Of a stretch of DNA of 64,000 nt, positions 15,399 through 26,750 are shown in pieces. A model generated the notes under the pieces. That model made no database searches and had not been told where the DNA came from. It worked only from the letters and a program-made list of their open reading frames with translations. Every line of letters begins with the position of its first letter. Positions within the stretch are counted from its first letter, which is position 1. The stretch spans positions 48,856,001 through 48,920,000 of the forward strand of contig OZ024747.1 of NCBI GenBank assembly GCA_964016885.1, written 5' to 3'. Made by a program: the position numbers and the translations under genes. The DNA comes from Eledone cirrhosa. Its lineage: Eukaryota.

Positions 15399-15611
15399 TT
15401 GTTTACTCCGGATTAATTTAAAAACAAGAAGTGTAAGTCAACAGGTTATAATTGATTTCGTTTATTCATATTCGCTGTTATATATATTTATCTATGTGAC
15501 CAGTACTTTGCGAAAACAACACCAAACTTCAGCACTGAGCATATACAAAAATTGAAATAACAGAAGTAAACTTTATTCGTTACGTTTTTCTGTTTTTCTG
15601 TTCAAATACTA

Positions 15612-15674
15612 GCTGTCTGATGAGGTCATAAATAACTGTTGAATAATGGTTATCAGCGAAATATATTTAACAGC
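15612..15674 (+). ncRNA. Hammerhead motif inside fold-back element ~15420-15726
   Basis: GCTGT-CTGATGA-...-GAAA-TATATT-T-A-ACAGC. Inverted arm at 15422-15489. Confidence 0.7.
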
Positions 15675-15722
15675 GAATATGAATAAACGAAGTTAATTAT
15701 AACCTGTTGACTTACACTTCGT

Positions 15723-15767
<45 letters not shown>

Positions 15768-16296
15768 AGAGGCACAACAAGTCTTATTAGTTTCACGCTT
15801 TATATGGAAAAGGGGAAAGAAAGTTAGACGTATCGAGCTTTAGCGCTTCTTTGGGAGTACAAATATAGAGACAGAATCACAAATGATAGATACAGAAAAG
15901 TAAAATAAAAAAATAAATAAATAAAGAGAGTAAACGAGACAAACCCTTAGGTAGAAGTGAAAAGTGTGTGTATTAGTGTCAATATTATGTATGAATATAT
16001 GTGTATGTTTAAAGTGTGTATTTTCTAAGGTGTATATATATATATATATAAACGGAAAAAATGAAACGAAATTTTATTTCCCACTCTTAGTACGGCTGTT
16101 ACTTAAATATAAGTATGTACACGTACATACTTATATATGAAAATCAGGGACCCCGACGGCTGACCTCCTGCTGTTTAAACACCTATATCCAGCTGTTGAT
16201 ACGGCAGGAGCTCAGCCGTCGGGGGGTCCCCGATTCTTTCATATTATCCACTCTACTACCGCAAGTATTGAGTATTCTGGTTTTGAATGCATCCGT

Positions 16297-16370
<74 letters not shown>

Positions 16371-16433
16371 ATATATATATATATATATTATAAATATATA
16401 CGTACGCATATATATATGAACACACACACATTA

Positions 16434-16576
<143 letters not shown>

Positions 16577-16877
16577 CAGGGAGAGAGAGAGAGAGAGGGA
16601 GAGAGAGAGTATATTTTCGAGACAACGTACTATTTATTCAACGACAACTTTTATTTTTATATTTCTATATTTCTTCATTTTTTAATGTAATTAATTGTAA
16701 ATTAATATTTAATATTCAGCATTTTCAGTTTTAATCCTTCTTAACAATTATATATTTTGTTATAAAAATATTTTTATGCTTTATGCTGGCTTTCGTGTAA
16801 AAATATAAATATTGTACTAGTAATTGTTTGTAATACTATGTCACGTCCCCGAAGACTGTGTCTTTAAATTCGTTTTG

Positions 16878-18290
16878 TCAGATATATGGCAGTAATATCT
16901 GTCAATTGCCCACCAGATATCTGGCAGTAATATCTGTCAATTGCCCACCAGATATCTGGCAGTAATATCTGTCTACCCTTCAGATATCTGGCAGTAATAT
17001 CTGTCAACTACCCTTCAGATATCTGGCAGTAATATCTGTCAATTGCCCACCAGATATCTGGCAGTAATATCTGTCAATTGCCCACCAGATATATGTCAGT
17101 AATATCTGTCAATTGCCCACCAGATATCTGGCAGTAATATCTGTCAATTGCCCACCAGATATCTGGCAGTAATATCTGTCAATTGCCCACCAGATATATG
17201 TCAGTAATATCTGTCAACTACCCTTCAGATATCTGGTAGTAATATCTGTCAATTGCCCACCAGATATCTGGCAGTAATATCTGTCAATTATTCCCAGATA
17301 TCTATCAGTAATATCTGTCTAGCCTTCAGATATCAGGCAGTAATATCTGTTAATTACTTCTAGATATCTGTCAGTAATATATGTCTATCCTTCAGATATC
17401 TGGCAGTAATATCTGTCAATTGCCCACCAGATATCTATCAGTAATATCTGTCTAGCCTTCAGATATCAGGCAGTAATATCTGTTAATTACTTCTAGATAT
17501 CTGTCAGTAATATATGTCTATCCTTCAGATATCTGGCAGTAATATCTGTCAATTGCCCACCAGATATCTATCAGTAATATCTGTCTAGCCTTCAGATATC
17601 AGGCAGTAATATCTGTTAATTACTTCTAGATATCTGTCAGTAATATATGTCTATCCTTCAGATATCTGGCAGTAATATCTGTCAATTGCCCACCAGATAT
17701 CTGGCAGTAATATCTGTCAATTGCCCACCAGATATCTGTCAGTAATATCTGTCACCTACCCTTCAGATATCTGGCAGTAATATCTGTCAATTGCCCACCA
17801 GAGATCTGGCAGTAATATCTGTCAATTACTCCCAGATATCTGTCAGTAATATCTGTCAACTACCCTTCAGATATCTGGCAGTAATATCTGCCAATTGCCC
17901 ACCAGATATCTGGCAGTAATATCTGTCAACTACCTCTCATATATCTGGCAGTAATATCTGTCACCTACCCTTCAGATATCTGTCAGTAATATCTATCAAT
18001 TGCCCACCTAATATTTGGCAGTAATATCTGTCAATTGCCCACCAGATATCTGTCAGTAATATCTGTCACCTACCCTTCAGATATTTGGCAGTAATATCTG
18101 TTAATTGCCCACCAGATATCTGGCAGTAATATCTGTCAACTACCTCTCATATATCTGGCAGTAATATCTGTCTACCCTTCAGATATCTGGTAGTAATATC
18201 TATCAATTGCCCCCCAGATATCTGGCAGTAATATCTGTTAATTACTCCCAAATATCTGGCAGTAATATCTGTCAACTACCCCTCAGATAT
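16878..18290. repeat. ~35-bp minisatellite (CAGATATCTGGCAGTAATATCTGTCAATTGCCCAC), about 40 units
   Basis: Tandem units with a few variant types and an internal palindrome CAGATATCTG. Confidence 0.95.
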
Positions 18291-19237
18291 TTCTTTCACT
18301 ACAGATAGAGTTGACCTAGAAATTTAACAAAAGTCACTGTAAATGCGATATGGCATCTCTTTCTAGCTGTCATATCAATAACAATTTTCATATAAATGTT
18401 CAATCGATTTCACTGGTTGATCATGCATGAGATAATATAATTTTATTTTTCAAATGAATTCTTCTCAAATGAAGGCAAAATAGGCAATTTTCACAAATTA
18501 AAACAATAACAAAAACAAAAAACAAACAGTACTGAGGATCTTTCTGGTAATGCCATATATGGCACAATATAATTTCTTGCATTAATATTTATTTTATTGA
18601 CAAGGTACGTTAGATGGATTGTCATCGTCTCCGAGTAGACCGGACGGAGAAACCTAATCTTGGACATACTTTTTATATTCGGTTTTACAGCTGGACGTCC
18701 TTCCTTACAGAGTGTAGGGGTACCTTTTATAGTTGCACCAGCACTACCATTTTACAAAATTTTCTGGATGCATTTTCTTGTGGTACCAACATTATTACTT
18801 TATAGAGTGCACTGCGTGCATTTTATCATTGCACAAGCAATAGGAATGTTTGTTATATGCTTAGCCAGACGGATGTATCATACGGATAAAAAAAAAGGCT
18901 AAATAAATCCCCAAAACACTATGTTAACACATTATAAGCATACATCTAGTATCACAGTGTGTATTTAAACTGCGAATATGGGAGTACATTAAAAGCCGTT
19001 AATGATGTGTAAAGGCATTGAAATGTTCCTAACCTGATTGTTAACATATTCGTAGCGAGGCTAAATGTATGTTTTTTACACTTAACCATCATGTATACAA
19101 CTGTATTCTGAATCACGCTGTCTTAATGCTATTGTTAATTATATGGGTCATTTTGCTACAAAAAGCTGAACGAGCAGAAATATGATCAAAGGCGTTCCAA
19201 TTGTGAACATCATTGTCTTTCTTCTTTTTGTTCAAAC

Positions 19238-19268
<31 letters not shown>

Positions 19269-19274
<6 letters not shown>

Positions 19275-19641
19275 AGATAAAAAGATGGTTAAAGGAGTTC
19301 CAAGTATTTTATTACGCGCATTTCAAAAACAAATATCATCATGGGATGATATCTGCGTTTTCATCAGATAAAATAGGGATACATGATATGAGTCTTTAAA
19401 ACTTCACTATTCACAAGTGTTTTTTAAGCTTCATATCATGTATCCCTATTTTATCTGATGAAAACGCAGATATCATCCCATGATGATATTTGTTTTTGAA
19501 ATGCGCATAATAAAATACTTTGAACTCTTTTAACCATCTTTTGATCTTATATTATTTATACTCCAGTCCTACAAACTGTAGAGTGCTACTTATCCGATAT
19601 TTGCATTGCTTTATTGTGCTACAATAAAACTCACCTCCTAC
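19269..19641 (+). mobile_element. PLE-type fold-back element in (TA)n
   Basis: Arms ~19269-19391 and 19431-19554. Tail carries GAGTGCT (19581-19587). Confidence 0.8.
19447..19517 (+). ncRNA. Minimal type-I hammerhead motif; second copy on the minus strand at 19305-19375
   Basis: TATTTTAT-CTGATGA-(long stem II GCAGATATCATC/GATGATATTTGT)-GAAA-TGCGCA-T-A-ATAAAATA. 8-bp stem I and palindromic stem III. Confidence 0.85.
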
Positions 19642-19771
19642 ATATATATATATATATATATTAGTCTGCATTATCCAATTAAGAAGATTGTATTGGTAGT
19701 TCAAAGATGTATGTATGTATACATGTGCATGTATGTTATGTATATATGTGTATGCATATGTATGTATATGC

Positions 19772-20118
19772 GCGGGGACATAGAAATAATCGGGCTGGAT
19801 ACCCGATGGCGCGGTTAAACCACTGGGAGTGAAGGACCTAAGCCTTTGTCAGGGTATTCTTCTAGGAGAAAGCAACTCGGGAAACTGGGATAACTCTGAC
19901 ATAAAACCTGCAGCTCACTAGTTACCGATGATGTTGATCTTTTCTTCTTCGGGTTATGGCTACTGTCGCTCAGAGAGTGGGATTGGCTCAGTGCACAGTC
20001 TTTCCTCACTTAAAAAAAAATCTTCACGCACAGGCATTGCACGATAGAATTAATTAATAATTATTAATAATGGTATATCGTGCAATGGCCACAGTCGATA
20101 ACGAGGGGGCAGCCATCT
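19772..20118 (+). mobile_element. ~350-bp non-autonomous retroelement, probably RTE-derived, family P
   Basis: Copies at 33632-33911(-) and 51612-51972(-). CTAGGAGAA(A/G)GCAACTC resembles RTE 5' regions. 3' hairpin at 20035-20087 and a (TATG)n tail. Confidence 0.6.
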
Positions 20119-21508
20119 ATGTATCTATGTATGAGTCGGTTACTAACATAGATACAATACTCTCTCATTGGAATTTACACATCAACTAAGTAGATATGCA
20201 TGCGGGTGTGTGTGTGCAGGTATGGATGTTATTGTATGTGTGGATGCTATGTTATAGGTTCGTGTGGCACCAAACTCTATAATCTGACAAGCGATTGCAA
20301 TACTCTTAGCAGAGTTTGCAGCCATCATGTATGTATGTATAAACATCATGTAATGAGAAGACGGCAGTGGAATATAAAATAGGCTTAGTAAATTCACCGT
20401 ATTTTTGGACTCCAGAAAATAGTGTAAAAGTAAGAAGGCATATAAGGAAAAAAATGAGCATGGGAAACACAAGCTGATATACATATATATACGTAAGTAT
20501 ATTATGACATATTTTGGTATATGGTAATCCTCACATAACGAGCTGATTCTAACGCAAATTGGTCGTAAAGCGAATTCTCTGCTGCTGATATTTCGATGGG
20601 AAATATTTTTAGTTGTAGATGTTGAATGCAAATGTAGCCCCCTGACCAACAAGGCTGTAGTATAACAGTGGTGTATTTCTTATGGCAAATACACTACTTT
20701 TACACCAGGACCAGCTCAGAATGATGCGAGAGTAGGGATATCCAAGGTCATTATTAAGACGTGGTGTTGAGGGTGCTACAATAACGATCGTAAGTGTAAG
20801 CAGACGTTAAACGAGATGATCATTAAGTAAGGATTGGTTATAATATAAAAATTCCTCTGCGAGTAAGAAGTGTCGAACGTTTCGATGTGCCTTATCGTCA
20901 TATCTGTAGCAATTATCTTTATTAAATGAATTATCGATCTCATTGTTTGATCACGCATGTGATCATTTATATAGTTCAGTGATTACTTATTCGAAAATAT
21001 AACATTGATTTTTTTTTTCTCTCATTTTTTCTTTCTTTTTTTTAGCATCGGCAGAATTCTGCTACACACCCATTTGTCGGAGTTAAATGAATCGATCACT
21101 ACAATCGACCACTATAATCGATCTCTACAATTTACTGGCGTGTTTATATCTTTCCAAAAGGGTTGAAAGTAAAAGTCAAACACATGGTCGATTTGAACTC
21201 AGAATGTAAACAAATGTAACAAAATACCTTAACTGATTTGTCCTGATAATGTTTGATTTTGGTATCATATGGATTCAATATAGCAGTCAATAATAAGCAC
21301 AAAATCTCTTGATAGAAGATCAATAACGTTCACTATAAATTGATTGGAAATTTTAGTCACGAAAGTTCCACTGTTTTTACACCCCTGGCACACAATTATA
21401 ATTCCATCATCCTCTGGTTACAATATAAATACACACACAAACACACACAAACACACACACACACACACATTCTTAGTGCTTCAAAAAGCCGAAACTTCGG
21501 CTTTGTAC

Positions 21509-21580
<72 letters not shown>

Positions 21581-21777
21581 GAGGTTATATTTAATTTGTT
21601 GGGATTCAACAAGTTTAAAAATTTCATGGAGTCCTGAATCTTTTCATATTACCCACTCTACTACGCCAAGTAGCGAGTACTCTGGTGGGTTATGGTCCAC
21701 CTGGTATTTTACCAGAGCCTTTCTGATACATACACAAATGCTCACAAATATAGACCCCGCTCCATATATATATATAA

Positions 21778-22550
21778 CTGGAAAAGTAGGTGAGTGGCTG
21801 CATGACTTTTTAAAGGACAGAAGCCAGACAGTCGCAGCAAACGGGGCCCTCTCAAAGGAAACATCAATAACAAGTGGGGTGCCCCAAGGCACAGTCCTCG
21901 GACCACTGCTGTTTTTGGTGACTCTCTCAGACATGCCCTCTGTAGTACATACCCCCCCCCCCCACACACACACACACTAGCTATGCTGATGACACTAAGG
22001 TAGCACAGGCAATCAAAACCCTGGCTGACGCTGCCCTTTTACAACAAGATCTGGATGCCATATAAAAATGGGTGGAAGACAACAACATGCAGTTTAATGC
22101 TGGCAAATTCCAAGCCCTACAATACAAACCTGCAAACACAAATATGGTACAACACAGTTACGCCGGACCTGGAAGGACCGATATTCCCGTGTCGAAATCG
22201 ATACGAGACCTGGGTATAGACATGAGCGACGATGTATCTTTTTCCTCACACATCATGAAAGTGGCGACAATTTGCAGGCGACTTGCTGGCTGGATCTTGA
22301 GGACTTTCCAGACAAGAGACCGAGACACCATGTTGACACTATGGTGGACATTTGTCCTAAGCCGCCTGGACTATTGCTCCCAGTTGTGGTCACCCCATAG
22401 TGTCCAACTAACCACGGAGCTTGAGGCAATCCAGCGAAGCTACACTAAGAGGATTGCCACAATGAAGGAGATAAGCTACTGGGAGAGGCTAAAAAAACTG
22501 AACCTCTACTCCTTGGAACGAAGACGGGAGAGATACGCAGTGATCTACAT
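21778..22550 (+). mobile_element. CR1/L2-group LINE RT fragment
   Basis: SGVPQGTVLGPLLF, YADDT, LDYCSQLWSP and LYSLERRRERYAVIY. Ends abruptly at the next element. Confidence 0.85.
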
Positions 22551-25500
22551 GATAAAATCTCATACCGGATCGGCCGTCACCCGGGTAAAAAAGAGCCGCG
22601 TCCCTCAGAGAGGAACCAGACTGGGGTCGAAAAATCAGCTAATGGTTCAAACCTTCCCATCACTTCGGAGCTGGAGACCTCCTATAACCGGAATACTCCT
22701 ACTGTTGGCCCTCCATGCTCACCACCAAGAAATCCAAAGAAAAAGAGAGAAAAATGGTCAAGGGAAGATAATAAAGAAGTCCTTGAGGCTTTCTACACTG
22801 CCATGTACAACCCATCAAATACATCGAATACAGAACAGACATATAGCAACTGGAAAAAGAAACATCCCGAAAACAGAGGCTATATTGACAGTAACAAACT
22901 AGCCAATATACGAAGAAATATTGTAAGAAAAAAGTTACTAACTGATATAGAAATTGATCAGATCAAGCTATTAGCACAAAGTCAGCGAAGGGAAAATGAA
23001 ACATGTGTCAGTGAAAACGAGGTAAACTGTAACACTTCGAATCCCAGGGTTGGGGCGGAATCACTGGCAACAGAACAAATTAAAGAAAGGATCGAAAAAG
23101 TGGAGGGAGTGCATGCTCAGGATGAAACTCTAAATGAAAATAATGAGATCGTAAATGATAAAGAAATGAATGAGAATGAACTTGCCAACTTGAAGGATGA
23201 AATTATGATCGAATGGATGAAAATGAAAGAATCTGACATGGGGGAACGAGACACCCTCCCTAAGATCCAGAACTCCAAACAGAACCAAAAGATAATACAC
23301 AAGACTAACATAATTCTCAAAAACATTATCATCACAAACAAACTAAACATTACTGATTTAAATCATCTCTATTATGCATCGGCTAAAGTCACCACTCACT
23401 TATGTGGAGTGAAGATGAAAAAACAAAGGAATTCCCACAAGAAATCTACTTGGCAAGAGAACATCAATCGCCAAATAAACCTTCTCCGATCTGACATAGA
23501 AATTTTAACAAACTATAAAGTAGGTGAACATGTTAAACAAACTAAACTTAGAAAATTGAAAAAAAAGTACAGTATTAAATCAACATGTGACATAGACATG
23601 CTGATAGAAATAATCAAGCAAAAAGTGTCGGCCAAAGCTGCTCGTATAAGGCGCTTTGAAAAACGATCTAGATTCTATAAGGACAATAATATGTTCAAAA
23701 ACAACCAAAGAAACTTCTACAGAAAAATTGGCAAGTCAACAATAACTGCTAAATCAATACCACCCAAGGAGGAAGTGCAAGAATTCTGGGAAAAGATCTG
23801 GGCCGAAGAAAAAGTTCATAACATACATGCCCCATGGATAGACAGACAAATGAAAGATACAGCTCACCTTGAGGAACAAACATGGGAAAATATAACAGTT
23901 GAACAGTTGCGCTTGGCTCTAAGAAAAACCAGCAAATGGAAATCCCCAGGAAAAGACAAAATACAAAACTTTTGGATAAATGCCTTCACAGAGTCTCATG
24001 AGCTGTTAGCCCAACTTTACAATGAAATAGTTAAGGAGCCAGAAAAGATACCTTCATGGCTAGTTAACGGCATTACATTCCTGCTTCCGAAGAATGATGA
24101 GACAAACAATCCCAAAAATTACAGACCGTTAACTTGCTTGACCACAATGTATAAAATTTTAACATCAGTCCTAACTGAATACACATATGATCACCTGATA
24201 ACAAATGACCTATTTCCCATTGAGCAGAAAGGGTGTAAACGAGGCTCATATGGCTGTAAGGATCAGCTTCTGGTTAACAAAATGATACTGGAAGATTGTC
24301 ATAATAGACACAAAAATCTATCGATTGCTTGGATAGATTATAAAAAAGCATTCGATAGTTTGCCACACAGTTGGATTGAAAAATGTTTAGAGATTTTCAA
24401 AATATCCCCCGTTGTCAGGAGGTTTTTGTCATTCAGTATGAAGACATGGAAAACGACACTCCTTTTGAATAGTGAAACAAAATCACTGGAAGCTGGAGAA
24501 GTTAATATTAATTGTGGAATTTTTCAGGGTGACTCTTTATCACCGCTTTTATTCTGCATCGCACTTATACCATTAAGTAAAATGCTCAATGAAACAAAAC
24601 ATGGATATAAAGTCTATGACAAAACCATTAATCACCTGTTCTACATGGATGACCTGAAACTATTTGCAAAAAATGATGAACAATTGCAAGGGCTATTATC
24701 CACTGTGAAGCAGTTCAGTGATGATATTAAAATGGAGTTTGGACTAGATAAATGCGCCAAAGCAACGTTCACCAGAGGAAAGCTGCTGAAGAGTTCAGAC
24801 ATTAATCTTGATCGGGGGAACGTGATAAGAGAACTTGATCAAGAAAAAACTTACAAATATCTAGGTGTTTGTGAAGGAGACGGAATCAAGCACTCGACAA
24901 TGAGGGAAAGGATAAGGAAGGAATGTTACCGCAGAGTAAGAGCAATCTTAAGAACGGAATTGAATGCAAGGAATAGGATCGATGCCATAAACACGCTTGC
25001 CATACCAGTAGTAACCTACAGTTACAATGTCATCAACTGGTCAAGCACAGAGATCCGTAGGCTCGATACAAAAATTCGAAAATTCTTAACCATGCACAGA
25101 ATGCATCACCCTAAGGCAGATATAGATAGAATATATCTCCCTAGGAAAGAAGGAGGACGTGGGTTAATCCAGTTAGACATTGCGTTGAAAACTGCAACAA
25201 TTGGATTATCTACATATCTAAGGGAATCACATGATTGGATGATCAAACTCGTTTTGAAACACGAAAGCATCAAAAGATCATATTCCATAACAAAAGATGC
25301 ACAAAGATACAGTAATGGACTACAAATTTAAGAAGTCCCATTTACTGCTGAAATGGAAATTACAGAAAAAGCAAAGCAGGTAAAAGTAACTGCAAAGAAA
25401 GAACTGCTACAGAAACTGGCTAAGAAATGGCAAGAAAAGCCTCTGTATGGAAAATACCCAGTGCGAGCTAACAATCCTGATGTTGACAAAACTTTAACCC

Positions 25501-26358
25501 ATCAGTGGTTGGCATCCTCTGGACTGAAATCGGAGACTGAAGGACTGATTATATCGGCACAAGATCAGTGTCTGCCAACAAAAAATTACCAAGCCAACAT
25601 AATAAAAAATGGGTGCAGCCCATTATGCCGAGTATGCAAAAAACAACCAGAGACCATTGACCATATAATTTCAATGTGCAGTCCTATAGCTCCAACCGAA
25701 TACCTAAACAGGCATGACAGAGCTGCACAATACATACATTGGATAATGTGTAAGCATTTTGACCTGCCCCATCAAAAGAATTGGTGGGAGCATCAACCAC
25801 CTCCCATACTTGAAAAAGTTCACATCTCAATCTTGTGGAACTTTAGCATCCAAACAGACCGAAAAACAGATGCAAACAGACCTGATATAATATTGAAAGA
25901 CTTTCAAAAGAGGGTATGCCTGCTAATTGATATGTCTGTTCCAATAGACAAGAATGTATCTATAAAAACATTTGAAAAATTGAGCAAGTATAAGGACCTG
26001 GAGATAGAAATTGGAAAAATGTGGAAATTGAGAACTAAAACAATACCAGTGGTTGTAGGCGCTCTGGGAATGATACCTAAGGGGTCTAATGATTACTTAT
26101 CGCAAATCCCAGGAAACCCGCGTATAGGAGAAATACAAAAGATAGTACTAATGGGAACTGCCCATATACTAAGGAAGATTCTGTCAATATAAGTACATCA
26201 CAAGTCTAAACACTAAAGATGCATGTGTGAATATGTATGTTCTTTCTTGAACATGGCGGACCTTGTTGTCTCTTGAGGTCACTGGTTGTGACTTGGTGAT
26301 AACTCGTATGAACATAAAGCAAGATAAATGCAACTGTAATAATAATAATAATAATAAT
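22551..26358 (+). mobile_element. RLE-type non-LTR retrotransposon (R4/Dong-like), near intact, with a (TAA)n 3' tail
   Basis: Single long frame encoding RT and a C-terminal CCHC plus restriction-like endonuclease. Ends in (TAA)n at 26337-26358. Confidence 0.88.
22803..26192 (+). pseudogene. RT-RLE polyprotein interrupted by one in-frame TAA (25329-25331)
   Basis: KSPGKD, NYRPLTCL, WIDYKKAFDS, GIFQGDSLSPLLF and YMDDLK, then CRVC..H..C, RHD, RPDIILKD, IDMSVP and KY. ORFs 22803 and 25353 share a frame, which is also open upstream (KWSREDNKEVLEAFY). Confidence 0.88.
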
Positions 26359-26750
26359 GATTTCTTTATTGGCCACAAGGGCTGACATCAAGAAAAATAT
26401 CACAGACGGAACAGGACGGTACGATGTGGGTTTTGTGCCTGTAAATATTTTTATTATTTATATAAGAAAAGAAAAAAGACATAAAACATATATATATAAA
26501 CAATAAAATGAAAATTGAAACAATGAAAAATTTCCCAATAGGGGGGAAATCTCCGAGGGTTACTCGTGGCGAAAACCACACAAAAGACCACGGCCACCCT
26601 GACTACCAGGGCAAGCGCCCTCTCTCAATTTTTCCATTTCTCAAACTACAGACGTATATTCAGAGCGGTCCCGTTCACTCGGACCATTCTCGCTACATTC
26701 ACCCACCTTTTAACAAACTTGCTAGAAAGCAGCACTTGCCTCTCCGCCCT
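26359..26750 (-). mobile_element. Short 3'-end copy of the L1/Tx1 element, in tandem with the long copy
   Basis: Repeats the ORF2 end and 3' UTR of 26751-27115. AATAAAGAAATC terminus followed by (ATT)n. Confidence 0.75.

Noticed and set aside
16878-18290. CRISPR-like array of palindromic repeats with variable spacers
   Set aside because: The variable parts are only 8-12 nt and recur, there are no cas genes, and the context is eukaryotic. It is a minisatellite.
22072-22902. 276-aa ORF as a fusion gene
   Set aside because: Chance read-through from the CR1 RT into an alternative frame of the R4-like element.
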